Positions 32,503 through 42,982 are shown, counted from the first letter of the stretch. The stretch: 64,000 nucleotides of DNA from Synechococcus sp. (GCA_051439425.1 JBFRWD010000123.1:38052-102051), one strand, 5' to 3'. Translations and numbers: made by a program. Notes: generated by a model not told the origin, from the letters alone.

Positions 32503-32907
32503 TTACCGGAAACTGGGCGGAACACCGGGCTTAGGCATGACTTGAAACTTGCGCTGTTTTTCCAACTGACGCAGCTCTTTATACGGAATTTTGTGAATGC
32601 AATCAACAGGGCAGGTCTGAATCGCCTCATCAACAATAGAGTTAGGGTCGCCCTGCTGGTTCATCACCCTGGCCTTGCCGTAATCTTCCTCTAGGAAAAA
32701 GGTGTTGCGAGCAACATACGCGCAGTGACCGCACCCAATGCAGTCCGTCTCTTCGACATATACCCCCATCTGCCTCCCCAATCCACCCAGCTCGGGCTCG
32801 AGTCCCGATCGCTGTTGGCAACCGCGCAAGATACCACCCAACTCTGGCTCTAGTCCAGTTCGTTCGTTCATTGGGGCTGGCGTGGAGTTTGAGGAAGCTT
32901 GGGTCAT
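32503..32907 (-). CDS. Single-cluster ferredoxin of the ycf35-linked family
   Basis: CIGCGHC...CPVDCI; duplicated GLEPELGG motif. Confidence 0.88.
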   Translation of the reverse strand: MTQASSNSTPAPMNERTGLEPELGGILRGCQQRSGLEPELGGLGRQMGVYVEETDCIGCGHCAYVARNTFFLEEDYGKARVMNQQGDPNSIVDEAIQTCPVDCIHKIPYKELRQLEKQRKFQVMPKPGVPPSFR

Positions 32908-32910
32908 TCA

Positions 32911-33294
32911 CTAGCTCCAGCGCTGCAGAACAAGACGAACGCTACCGTCTTCGGCACGATTTTGCTCTACCACCTGAAACCCCTTGTTAGCAGACTCGGT
33001 CACGATGGTTTGATAGGCATAGCTCTGGGTGACCTTGTTCACGAAGGTCTCCACAGACCACTGCTGTTTCCAATACTGCAGGTCAGCCACCAACTGATAC
33101 GAGTCACCATCCCATTGGAAACCAACATCGTAACCGTTGTCCTGGGAAATGATGACTGATGCCGCCTGAGTCTGCCCCTGGTAGCCTCTCACCTGCATAT
33201 CGCCTCGCTTGGAGTCGATTCCCAAATCGCTCAGGGCCGCTTCCAGTGCGTCGAGGTCGCGAATTTTGGTCTTGATTTGGCTAAAGTGGGACAT
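32911..33294 (-). CDS. ycf35: DUF1257 / Ycf35 protein
   Basis: MSHFSQIKT, VRGYQGQT, YDVGF, LVADLQYW, LVLQRW. Confidence 0.9.
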   Translation of the reverse strand: MSHFSQIKTKIRDLDALEAALSDLGIDSKRGDMQVRGYQGQTQAASVIISQDNGYDVGFQWDGDSYQLVADLQYWKQQWSVETFVNKVTQSYAYQTIVTESANKGFQVVEQNRAEDGSVRLVLQRWS

Positions 33295-33572
33295 ACTCTC
33301 TCCTGCCTGCAAAAAGAAATAGATCTGTATGTGAACTTGTATTAGCGCGAATTACAGTTCATGGTAACTCAACTCTTCTGGCTACTCGGATTTGTCCAAA
33401 TTTTCTTTTGCCAGTTTAGGGAAATTGCCAATTTTCCTCGTTCGCGATCGAGAATACCGCTCTCTCATAAAGCATTACAAACCACTGCGGTTTGTACCCA
33501 AATGGCCCCTAGAACCATTAAGGTAACAGACATAAATACTTAACATACTGTAATCAAAGCCGGGGCTCGATC

Positions 33573-33908
33573 GTGACAGGTGTCAATTTACTTTGGATCT
33601 CTCTCATCATTGGTTTCTTGATTTCGGTCCTCACTGTGGTGTGGGTACTGGACGCCCAAAAGAAACAACGGGTAATTTACGAGCAAGAACTAAAGCGCTT
33701 TCGAGAAGAAGAAGCGGCTCGACGCAAGGCGGAGGCAGAAGAAGCGGCTCGCAAAGAAGCAGAGCGCCAAGCGAGGATTGCAGCCGGGTTGCCTCCCGAG
33801 CCAGAGGAAGAAGAACTCGATGAGGAAGAAGAACTCGATAACGATGGTGAGGACAATACCAATGCCGATGCCGGCACCGATACAGACCCCCCCCCCCCGA
33901 ATCTGTAG
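33573..33908 (+). CDS. Small membrane-anchored protein with coiled coil and acidic tail
   Basis: N-terminal TM helix, EEAARRK/EEAARK repeats, E/D-rich tail, C12 run near the stop. Confidence 0.65.
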   Translation: MTGVNLLWISLIIGFLISVLTVVWVLDAQKKQRVIYEQELKRFREEEAARRKAEAEEAARKEAERQARIAAGLPPEPEEEELDEEEELDNDGEDNTNADAGTDTDPPPPNL

Positions 33909-34017
33909 CAATTGAAGAGGTGCAGTCTGATTGAGAGGGCCGCGAACGAAGAATGCCAAACCATCTCCGCTCGCAGTTCTGCAGATCTACTTGCAGAGCT
34001 GCTCTAGAGAATGCGTT

Positions 34018-34524
34018 CTAATGCTCTATGCCGATCGCATATTTGCCCCATTCACGATTGCCTCCCGAGCGAATTTGCTTGGCGATCTCAAAATACAGGC
34101 TGCTGTGGGGGCGGCGGGGCTGACGATTGAGGGGCATCCCTGCTTCTTTGGGCGTGCGGTTACCCTTTTTGATATTGCACCGAACGCAGGCACACACAAC
34201 GTTGTCCCACACATCCTGACCTCCTCGCGATCGCGGAATGACGTGGTCGATAGTTAGGCTATCTCCCGACGACGCACCGCAATACTGGCAGCGATATTCA
34301 TCGCGATAGAGAACGTTACGTCGAGTCAGGGGGATGGCCTTGTAGGGAACATTGACGTAATGCCGTAGGCGGATCACGGTGGGTGACGCAAAATCTGCAT
34401 AAACCAGTCGTCCGTTATGTTCGATGCCCTCCGCTTTGCCCTTCAGCATTAAGACAACGGCACGTCGCCACGTAGTGATGTTGAGCGGCTCGTATGAAGC
34501 ATTCAGAACCAGAACTTTGCTCAT
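34018..34524 (-). CDS. HNH endonuclease
   Basis: VLVLNASYEP, CQYC, TIDHVIPRSRGG, CVRCN. Confidence 0.93.
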   Translation of the reverse strand: MSKVLVLNASYEPLNITTWRRAVVLMLKGKAEGIEHNGRLVYADFASPTVIRLRHYVNVPYKAIPLTRRNVLYRDEYRCQYCGASSGDSLTIDHVIPRSRGGQDVWDNVVCACVRCNIKKGNRTPKEAGMPLNRQPRRPHSSLYFEIAKQIRSGGNREWGKYAIGIEH

Positions 34525-34711
34525 CTGGGTTCCCTGCAAAGGCAAATGTGAAAAGGCCGAGAAAGTTAAGCAGATAGTAGCACAGGCATTTTAGAGCCTG
34601 TCTGTTGCGAGCGTACAAATAGATCGAGCAGAAAGCGAATGATGAAACTGGGTGGTTTAGTCTCGACCTCCAAACTGGGCACAGCATTGGTGTCAGGACA
34701 TCCACTGCTGT

Positions 34712-35401
34712 CTAAGCATTATGAATGGGAGGCTTGCGGCCATAAAACGGCAGACCATCAGCCCAATGCGGTCGCTGTCCGTTGCAATATTGTTTGGCAG
34801 CCAGTCTTAACAGTGCACAGACAGGAGGTTGCGTTTCCCAGTCGCTAGCAGCGAGCAGAGTAATCCCCTTGGACTGCTGCTGCCAATCGTCATCCGTCCA
34901 AAGGCGATCGCTCGATAAGGCCACGACACCATCCTCTCCGCCTTCATATATGCCACCAAACCACTCACCCCGCTTGGCATCCATCTGTACGGCAACAGTC
35001 ATGTGCGTCCGATCGTGACCGTCCACAGAATGACCGCCCAGATAATGACTGTCCCGTATGGCCCTGTCGATGTAGTCTGCTGCAATTGCCACCAATGACG
35101 ACACCCCAAAGAGAGGGATATCCAAGGATTGCCCTAATGTCCTGGCAACGGTAACCCCCATGCGGCAACTCGTAAAACTTCCGGGGCCAACAGCCACGGC
35201 CACAGCCACCAACTGCTGCCATTGATCGGCAGGAAAAAACTCCTGCAAGCAAGGATGAAGCTGACTGGACATCTGGCGATCGAGAAACCATTGACGAGAT
35301 TGAATGGGGCGATCGCTACCTTTATTCCATTCATCCAGATCGAGCAGACCGAGAGCTAACGTTGGGGTTGATGTATGAATACCGAGAATATAAGAGGTCA
35401 C
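34712..35401 (-). CDS. tsaB: tRNA threonylcarbamoyladenosine biosynthesis protein TsaB
   Basis: LGIHTST, GPGSFT..RMG, MDAKRGE, LPFY. Confidence 0.88.
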   Translation of the reverse strand: MTSYILGIHTSTPTLALGLLDLDEWNKGSDRPIQSRQWFLDRQMSSQLHPCLQEFFPADQWQQLVAVAVAVGPGSFTSCRMGVTVARTLGQSLDIPLFGVSSLVAIAADYIDRAIRDSHYLGGHSVDGHDRTHMTVAVQMDAKRGEWFGGIYEGGEDGVVALSSDRLWTDDDWQQQSKGITLLAASDWETQPPVCALLRLAAKQYCNGQRPHWADGLPFYGRKPPIHNA

Positions 35402-35681
35402 AAGTTTGAGAGCGTATCAAATTCAGAAGACCGAACTGTCGGAGAAGAGCAGTGGCCATCACAATATTGACAGGAATGGCTGCTATGCTTACAAGCTGGC
35501 AGCCACTTGCCACATTTCAACTATTTGCAGCGTAGCCACACAGAATACTGTGTCAATGCATGGGAATGTCATCTCTCAATCGCCCATCTGCAACCAGCCA
35601 TCGGAGCACACAACCGGCCCAATAATAAACGAGCGCTCCATTAGAAACGCTCGCCCCAAAAAACGTAACTCGATATTTAAC

Positions 35682-36896
35682 TTAGCGGCCGCGACGTTTT
35701 CGCAGGAAGTCGGGAATATCCAAACCTCCATCCCCGTTTCGACTGGGAGACACCGTAGCGGCAACCACCTTGGGCTGTTGAGCTGATGTCACAATCTTGC
35801 GCTCGACTGCAGCAACAGACTTTCGACTAGACGGAGAACCATGGAAGCCGGTGGCAATCACCGTAATTCTCACTTCACCCTGCATCTTCTCGTCAATCAC
35901 AGCACCAAAAATAATGTTGGCATCATCGTCTACCGCTTCGGCAATAATCTCTGACGCGGCAGTGACTTCATGCAGGGTCAGGTCGTGACCACCTGTCACA
36001 TTCAGCAGAACGCCTCTCGCTCCATCAATCGAAGACTCTAGCAGCGGGGAGGAAATCGCCGTCATCGCCGCTTCTCGGGCGCGGGACTTACCGGACCCCA
36101 TCCCAATCCCCATTAGGGCAGAACCAGCATCCGCCATCACGCTGCGCACGTCAGCAAAGTCAACATTAACCAAACCAGGGATGGTAATGATGTCAGAAAT
36201 ACCCTGAACACCCTGTCTGAGCACATCGTCAGCAACTCTGAATGCCTCTTGAACGGGTGTTTGCTCGGAGATCACCGAAAGCAGCTTGTCGTTCGGAATC
36301 ACAATTAAGGTATCGACACACCCCTGCAGGGCTGAAATACCGTCGCTGGCTTGATTGGTACGGCGGCGCCCTTCAAATGTAAAAGGGCGAGTAACAACAC
36401 CAACCGTTAATGCGCCAGTCTCTTTGGCGATCTGTGCCACCACCGGAGCAGCTCCAGTACCGGTTCCGCCCCCCATACCAGCAGCAATAAAGACTAAATC
36501 GGCCCCTTCTAATGCCGCCTGAATTTCATCCCGGGACTCATCAGCAGCCTTCTGTCCAACGGCAGGGTTGCCACCTGCCCCCAAACCTCTAGTCAGCTTG
36601 TGACCGATCTGCAATCGCTGCAATGCTTGTGATTGAACGAGGGCTTGAGCGTCAGTATTAACCGTCCAGAACTCAACACCATTCAATTCGCTGGCGACCA
36701 TGCGGTTGACGGCGTTGCCACCGCCACCACCAACACCGATCACCTTGATATTGGCGGCGCTCCCAGGGACAATACCTTCCAGCTTCTGGGAGGCGTTTGG
36801 CTGAGATCCATGCCAAGAGTAACCATTGCCGTTCGCGCTTGCATTCGCGTCACCAAAGGTTTGGTTGGACTCGCCTGGGGTCGCATTTTCGTGCAT
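35682..36896 (-). CDS. ftsZ: Cell division protein FtsZ
   Basis: [24 protein letters not shown]-terminal DIPDFL. Confidence 0.99.
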   Translation of the reverse strand: MHENATPGESNQTFGDANASANGNGYSWHGSQPNASQKLEGIVPGSAANIKVIGVGGGGGNAVNRMVASELNGVEFWTVNTDAQALVQSQALQRLQIGHKLTRGLGAGGNPAVGQKAADESRDEIQAALEGADLVFIAAGMGGGTGTGAAPVVAQIAKETGALTVGVVTRPFTFEGRRRTNQASDGISALQGCVDTLIVIPNDKLLSVISEQTPVQEAFRVADDVLRQGVQGISDIITIPGLVNVDFADVRSVMADAGSALMGIGMGSGKSRAREAAMTAISSPLLESSIDGARGVLLNVTGGHDLTLHEVTAASEIIAEAVDDDANIIFGAVIDEKMQGEVRITVIATGFHGSPSSRKSVAAVERKIVTSAQQPKVVAATVSPSRNGDGGLDIPDFLRKRRGR

Positions 36897-37423
36897 CGTA
36901 CCTTCACCCGGAAGAGCTGACTCAAGCTAATTAGACGTCATTATGCTCGATAGCTTCAGATTTATCACTCAATATTTAATATTTGGAAAGCATAACTATT
37001 GACATGGCAACGATTCGAACGCGCAGTAATTGAAATAATCTCTCAGAGCATTGGCGAAATGCCACTAACCGAACGACATTAGGAACTCCTGTAAAGAACC
37101 ACTCAACACTGCACTCTACACTCATGTAGAGCCATCTATCTACGCTCGCAGAATCCTACAGAAGACAGTTCGGAAGAGAATTGACAGGCTCTTTTCATTC
37201 AGAATCCCGAGTTCTCAACAGGGGAACAGGGGAAGCGAAACAGGGGCAATTCCTATCGCTATTGATTGGCCTCAAAAAAACGCACGCAATATGGCTGGCT
37301 ATTGCAAGCAGATGTAATGCCTCTCCATGAAAATCTCGCAACAATTATCCAATCGCTCAAACGATTATGATGATCTTCCCTTGTAACAATCTGTATCTGG
37401 TAGCCCACCCCAGCCTCTCTGCC

Positions 37424-37557
37424 AAGCTGAGTTCAATAGCCTTCCCTGCCAGCCCCTCTCCCGCATTGGGAAAGGGGTGCAAGAAACACAAACCCTAATA
37501 GTTTCGCTGCATCTCGATGGTTTTCTCCGGATTAAACTACCCTGTCGAGCTGACGTG
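37424..37557 (+). repeat. Dispersed MITE-like repeat, family B, copy 2
   Basis: AAGCTGAGTTC...CCCCTCTCCC/GGGAAAGGGG hairpin...CTAATAGTTTC...TCGAGCTGACGT. Confidence 0.55.
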
Positions 37558-38026
37558 GGAACAGGAATGAAGCGCTTGCGCAACATGATGGGAAGCATAC
37601 GTAACGCATCTTATTGCTTAATACAGGGTTTGCAGAACACGAACGAATTTCTTCGGCAGCAGCTTTTGTCTACAGTCGCCTAATTGTCAATGCCTACGGA
37701 CGGTTCTGTAATTTTTGGTTTCTTTTTTGGGGCGAATCGGGCGATCCCACTGGCCTCGCGCCTGAAATGAGGATAATTTTATTAACACTCTATGACTCTC
37801 TGGTACGATGGCTGATTGTGACGTGAAACAATAGTTAAAAAATTTAAGATCCGTGCTGTTCCGTTCAACTATGGGAATAGACCCAAACTAAATTCCACAT
37901 TCTTAACCGGACAATCTCAGGTACGGCACGTCTGGTCGGTTCGGTGGCAGCGTATTTGGGTGACTGCTCACTGCATCCTTCATACATTCACTTATCTCAA
38001 CGTTTCGGTAATGGAGAAGTTGCATT

Positions 38027-38758
38027 TTGGATATTCAGAAGAAAGAGCGTATTTTAGTGGTGGATGATGAAGCCAGCATCCGCCGCATTCTTGAAACCCG
38101 CTTGTCGATGATTGGCTACGACGTTGTGACGGCTTCCGATGGTGAAGAAGCATTAGACGTCTTCCATACTCAAGATCCCGATTTAGTGGTTTTGGATGTG
38201 ATGATGCCGAAGCTGGATGGCTACGGAGTCTGTCAGGAACTGCGAAAAGAATCGGACATTCCCATCATTATGCTGACAGCTCTGGGGGATGTGGCCGATC
38301 GCATCACCGGCCTGGAGCTAGGAGCCGATGACTACGTTGTCAAGCCATTCTCTCCCAAAGAATTAGAAGCTCGGATTCGTTCCGTACTGCGCCGTGTAGA
38401 GAAGTCAAATTCTGCCGGCATTCCCAGTTCGGGCGTCATTCACGTTAATAGCCTGCGCATCGACACCAACAAGCGCCAGGTCTACAAGGGTGACGAGCGC
38501 ATCCGTTTGACAGGAATGGAATTTAGTCTGCTGGAACTGCTGGTTGGGCGTTCTGGCGAGCCGTTCTCCCGCTCCGAAATTCTACAAGAAGTGTGGGGCT
38601 ACACTCCCGAGCGCCATGTGGATACTCGGGTTGTGGACGTTCACATCTCTCGTCTGCGCGCCAAGCTAGAGGACGACCCCAGCAATCCCGAGTTGATTTT
38701 GACAGCTCGCGGGACTGGGTATCTATTCCAGCGAATTGTCAAAGATGACGAAGAATAA
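38027..38758 (+). CDS. rpaB: OmpR-family response regulator RpaB (Ycf27)
   Basis: ILVVDDEASIRRILETRLSMIGY, WGYTPERHVDTRVVDVHISRLR. Confidence 0.95.
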   Translation: MDIQKKERILVVDDEASIRRILETRLSMIGYDVVTASDGEEALDVFHTQDPDLVVLDVMMPKLDGYGVCQELRKESDIPIIMLTALGDVADRITGLELGADDYVVKPFSPKELEARIRSVLRRVEKSNSAGIPSSGVIHVNSLRIDTNKRQVYKGDERIRLTGMEFSLLELLVGRSGEPFSRSEILQEVWGYTPERHVDTRVVDVHISRLRAKLEDDPSNPELILTARGTGYLFQRIVKDDEE

Positions 38759-39283
38759 TAGTCCCTGCCCGAAGCTTCTGTAGAGCAGTTTTTGGCGACA
38801 TTCGTCTTTCATCGCTTGCACGTCCGTGGTTTGGCACTCAGGTTTAGTGCCAACTTGTTTGCAGGAGTATCAACACAACGAGCGAGCGCTGACAGTCGTC
38901 CCACAGTTAACGCAACATGCTCTCCACTGAATGATTGAACTGACCAAAACGCGAACGGTTCATGCAGCACCTGCAACGCTTTGACACGGCCCGAACGAAT
39001 TATCCTGTACTATCCGATCTCTATCTTTGGGCATCGATCCATGCAATGGTGAGTCGTTGACGATCTGTAGTGAAGCAGACGGCCAGACATTCACCGACGA
39101 TTAGGGGCATGTTAGAGAGTAATTCTGTATCGATGCCTAGCTCGCCAAATTCGTTGCCAATCACGTGCAGACAGTGTTCGCTTGCATGCTCAACGCAAAG
39201 CCCACCCAGCATAGCGCGCAGATTCGTTAGCAGCAGGAGGCGATTGAACGGCTGGGTTTGAACATTGTTATGTGTTGAGCAAA

Positions 39284-39553
39284 CTATTCTTCGTCTTCGA
39301 AGCGATCGGGAAACATGTCCTCCAGAGTTTGCCAGCCTGCAGTCCACAACCGTTTATTCTTTAGGACTTTTGCATTGAGCCACAGGCTAACGCTGTCGTC
39401 ACAGACCGATCGCAAATGAGCAAACACAACCCCCGAGCGCTCCTGGCGACCTTCCACCTGAAAGTGACGCCATCCCATAACAGGTTTGACGGCAGTCCAT
39501 TTTGACCCCATCAGGTGAGGGAATTTTTGTTTGCGGCGCTTGCCCTTGGCCAT
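39284..39553 (-). CDS. TIGR02450-like Trp-rich protein
   Basis: FPHLMGSKWTA, GWRHF, WLNAK.LK...W..GW. Confidence 0.85.
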   Translation of the reverse strand: MAKGKRRKQKFPHLMGSKWTAVKPVMGWRHFQVEGRQERSGVVFAHLRSVCDDSVSLWLNAKVLKNKRLWTAGWQTLEDMFPDRFEDEE

Positions 39554-39848
39554 GATGGCTGCCTTTTGGGAGAGATGTAGAGTGCGGCGGCACTCTTACT
39601 AGTGGTTTGTCAGGCTTGCTATAAGGGGTGTCATCAAGCTACCCATGCATTGATTCCAGTCTCAGTCAAAGCAAGTATCCATGACTCCGACGCTAGCAGA
39701 ACACTGGCTGCGCAGACGATCGTTGCTTTATCAACATGCTGGATGCGGGCTCGTTTCGTCAAAAGTCAGGCCTGCCCCGATCGAGAAGTGGAACAAGGTG
39801 GGCTACAAAAAAGAGCGGGCCAAAACCCACTCTTAAAGCATCAGGAGT

Positions 39849-39945
39849 TATAGAAATCCGCTGTAAGGTTTAGAGTCAGGAGACAGCTCAAAGCCCTAAT
39901 CTACAAGGAGAAATGAGTGGAGAACTCTCCATAGCGGATTGCCTA
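39849..39945 (+). repeat. Dispersed MITE-like repeat, family A, full copy (~97 bp)
   Basis: Terminal inverted repeats AATCCGCT...AGCGGATT with TA-containing flanks. Confidence 0.75.
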
Positions 39946-40006
39946 GCGCTATACACAAAGAGGCTGCCGTCAGCATCTGTGGCAAGTGCAAGTGGCACCG
40001 CCCACA

Positions 40007-40960
40007 TTAAGTCGCATTAGCGTAGCGATCGCCATCGATGCCGTAGATATACCCCAAGTTGGATGTGACGCGGGCTCGAATGCCTGCAAGTGGATACAAA
40101 CCTAGCTCGGACGTCGCAAAGCGGTCGGCCTCTTGCACCAAGAATTGAGCGTCCTCCAGCGACAATTCACCATCGGCATATGCCTTCAGCAGCCCGTCTA
40201 CAAAATCTCCATATTCTAGGCTGTTGCGGAACGTGAATGCCTGTTCTGGAGCAGCAGGAGCAGGAGGGGGAGCCACTGCAACCAGTGACGGCGGCAAGGC
40301 AACGGCAGAGTCCAACATCAGAGTTTGGACAGACCCGGGTTGAATGTGAACGTAGCTGACTGTTTCAGGATTGTTGAGCCCCATCAGGGTTCCGAAGACG
40401 GCACCGGCACCGATCGCCCGCCGCTGCACATCCACTGGATTATCCACTGAATTTCCCAATGCACCAGAGACACCGTTCCCAAGCTGGGCAAACACCGTGC
40501 GATTGCGATGGGCAGTTTGGTCTGCCGGAGCAATGGTGTCGGTACGACCGGGAATGAAGCTGCTACGAGCATTCAAGGGAACCATCTGACCGCGAACCAC
40601 CACGTGCTCGGCCACAACATAAGCACCATCATCCTCGGGCTGAACTCGGATATTGACGGGAGAATCAGCGGGAATAAGCTCTTGCCCGTAATGGTTGTAA
40701 AGAGGTTGCATCAGGGGCACCGTCACCGGATAGGCTTCGTCGCGATCGAGATCCACCACTAGCTCGGGTAACACCAGCAGGATGGCACTGGACTGAGGCA
40801 AAACGTGAGCATCGGCAGCCGAGGGTTGAGTTTGATTGACTCCTGTTTGTAGAGGTTGTGCCGCAGCGGGGAGTGAAGCAACTCCTGTCAACGCGCTCAC
40901 GGTGGTGGCACCCAGCAACGACATGGTGAACGCGAAATGGTGAAGAGAGGACAAGAACAT
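40007..40960 (-). CDS. Secreted hypothetical protein with beta-rich core and glycine-zipper hairpin
   Basis: AGGAG RBS before ATG 40960; signal-like ..PAAAQP; LIPADSPV; AIGAGAVFGTLMG. Confidence 0.75.
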   Translation of the reverse strand: MFLSSLHHFAFTMSLLGATTVSALTGVASLPAAAQPLQTGVNQTQPSAADAHVLPQSSAILLVLPELVVDLDRDEAYPVTVPLMQPLYNHYGQELIPADSPVNIRVQPEDDGAYVVAEHVVVRGQMVPLNARSSFIPGRTDTIAPADQTAHRNRTVFAQLGNGVSGALGNSVDNPVDVQRRAIGAGAVFGTLMGLNNPETVSYVHIQPGSVQTLMLDSAVALPPSLVAVAPPPAPAAPEQAFTFRNSLEYGDFVDGLLKAYADGELSLEDAQFLVQEADRFATSELGLYPLAGIRARVTSNLGYIYGIDGDRYANAT

Positions 40961-41081
40961 GATGGACTCCTGATGTGGCAATGAGCGGTGTCGGGGAATG
41001 GACCTAAGCAGGGAACGAATAGGGAGGGATGCAATCCACCCTCCCGGCGGGGTTGGGGTTGCAGAGTCTAGAGAGCAAACT

Positions 41082-41684
41082 CTAGTACAGCAACTGGTTC
41101 TGGGTGTTGTGGAAGTTGTTTTGGGTGTTGATTTCAATCGCAGCCTGCGTTTCTATTTCGGTAATTTCGATGGCTGCAGCCCCAGCAACGACCGCATCGC
41201 AGTTGCGACCCGTAACCAAGCGGGACGAGGTATGTTCGAAGCCCACCTCTTGACCGTTCGCCCAAGTGTGATGGCTGCTGGTGTCGCTATAACTGGCGTA
41301 GGTGTTGTCCCAGGTGCTCTCCGCGCTATTGCTACGTCGTACTGTGGTTTCGCCACTGCCACGACCGTTGGCCCCGATGCCTAGGAAACTGACACCGCCC
41401 CCGCCGCTGCGTTCGCGATGGTTGTAGTAGGACGAGGAGGAAGAATTGGAACCGCTAACGTGGTTGCTGACGTCTTGAATATTGTTCTGAGTAGCCGAGC
41501 CTTCGTTGTAGGTCGAGGCATAACCGCTGGTGCTGTTAGTGTTGTGACCCAGACCAACATCGCTGCAATACGCTTGAGGGTCGTCAGCGATCGCGTCTGC
41601 CCAAGAATCAGCGAAGGCAGCGGAGGAAGCAGTCGAGAGGGCAATCGCGGTCAGAATGGAACCGAAGACGTGAATGCGTTTCAT
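41082..41684 (-). CDS. Secreted Ser/Thr/Asn-rich hypothetical protein
   Basis: AAGGAG RBS, signal peptide ending AFA, two Cys. Confidence 0.8.
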   Translation of the reverse strand: MKRIHVFGSILTAIALSTASSAAFADSWADAIADDPQAYCSDVGLGHNTNSTSGYASTYNEGSATQNNIQDVSNHVSGSNSSSSSYYNHRERSGGGGVSFLGIGANGRGSGETTVRRSNSAESTWDNTYASYSDTSSHHTWANGQEVGFEHTSSRLVTGRNCDAVVAGAAAIEITEIETQAAIEINTQNNFHNTQNQLLY

Positions 41685-41855
41685 GTGAACTATCTCCTTT
41701 AGCAGGGGGTATGAGCTGATGTGTTTAAGGTATTGGAGTCCTTCGAGTTGCTCCGCGAGCGCGATCCAGCGCCCCTTGCGATCGCGATCGCAAGGGCGAA
41801 AATTTCATTTTTCGATTTGCAAGACTGACGACTTAAAGGCTGAAAGACTGGCGAT

Positions 41856-42773
41856 TTGATGATTTGCAACTTGAAATACTGCCAATGGGGTCGACCAGAT
41901 TCTCCGGAGCTGTCCCCTCCGGAGCTGTCCCCCTCAGGCCTGCCCAACTCTGCCCTACCAGTTGTGATGCTGCACGGGCATCCAGGTCATGGAGCGGCAA
42001 TGGAAGTGTTTGGCGAACAGCTCGGGCAAGAACGATGGGCGATCGCTCCCGATTTACGCGGTTATGGCCAAAGCCGCACCACCGAGACATTCGAACTATC
42101 CGCACATTTAGATGACGTAGATGCGTTGCTCGATCGTTTGGGCATTGGCGACTGCATTGTGTTGGGCTGGTCACTCGGGGGCATTGTGGCGATGGAACTG
42201 GCCCTCAAACATCCCCACCGCATTAAAGGATTGATTCTAGTGGCAACTGCCGCATATCCTCGCGGCAACCATCCACCCATTAGCTGGCAGGATAATGCGT
42301 TCACAGCAATCGCCGGACTCGTCAACTGGCTGCGTCCCGGGTGGCGTTGGAATATCCAAACATTCGGACAGCGATCGCTATTTCGCTATCTCATTCGTCG
42401 CCACACTCCTGCCACCTATCGGTACTTAGCAAAATCCGCAGTGACGGCATATCTCCAAACCTCCCGACAGGCGAATCGAGCCCTCACGCGAGCCTTGAAG
42501 CAGGGTTACAACCGCGTGACAGATGTTGCGTCTCTGTCGATTCCGGCGGTGGTATTGGCGGGAGAATGCGATCGCCACATCACGGCAGCTTCCAGTAAAG
42601 AGACAGCAGAGGCATTAAATGCGCGCTGGATTGAATATCCCAACACCGGCCATCTATTCCCTTGGGAAGTCCCCGATCGAGTACAGCACGATATTCAGCA
42701 ATGGCTAAATGACCGAGATTATTTGCAAGCGAATAATGATGATTACCGGCCAAACAAGAACGACGACATTTGA
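41856..42773 (+). CDS. Alpha/beta hydrolase
   Basis: LHGHPG, PDLRGYG, GWSLGG, D and GH catalytic positions intact. Confidence 0.9.
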   Translation: MMICNLKYCQWGRPDSPELSPPELSPSGLPNSALPVVMLHGHPGHGAAMEVFGEQLGQERWAIAPDLRGYGQSRTTETFELSAHLDDVDALLDRLGIGDCIVLGWSLGGIVAMELALKHPHRIKGLILVATAAYPRGNHPPISWQDNAFTAIAGLVNWLRPGWRWNIQTFGQRSLFRYLIRRHTPATYRYLAKSAVTAYLQTSRQANRALTRALKQGYNRVTDVASLSIPAVVLAGECDRHITAASSKETAEALNARWIEYPNTGHLFPWEVPDRVQHDIQQWLNDRDYLQANNDDYRPNKNDDI

Positions 42774-42982
42774 GACCGATACAGCACAAGACCACTCCCA
42801 TCTAGCAGTAACAACTGCGTTCTAACGGCACCATCAAGTACTCTACGCACTCAATCGAGTAAAGACGGGCACAGTAAGATTGCCCCCAGAAGTTACGACC
42901 CTCTATGCGAGTGCGAGGTGAAAATCTACTGGATTGGTGCAGCGGTTGTTATTGTAAAGAAGTGTTTGAACCCCCATCCTGG

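Noticed and set aside
34018..34524. HNH nuclease as a defence or mobile system
   Set aside because: Common standalone cyanobacterial type in a housekeeping context with no partner genes
39021..39347. 108-aa minus-strand ORF
   Set aside because: It overlaps the Trp-rich gene and has no recognisable motif or RBS
40961..41137. N-terminal extension of the 376-aa ORF
   Set aside because: It overlaps the upstream gene; a good RBS and signal-like sequence support ATG 40960
41903..41935. 15-bp duplication in the hydrolase 5' end
   Set aside because: Simple in-frame duplication (PELSP x2) in a loop
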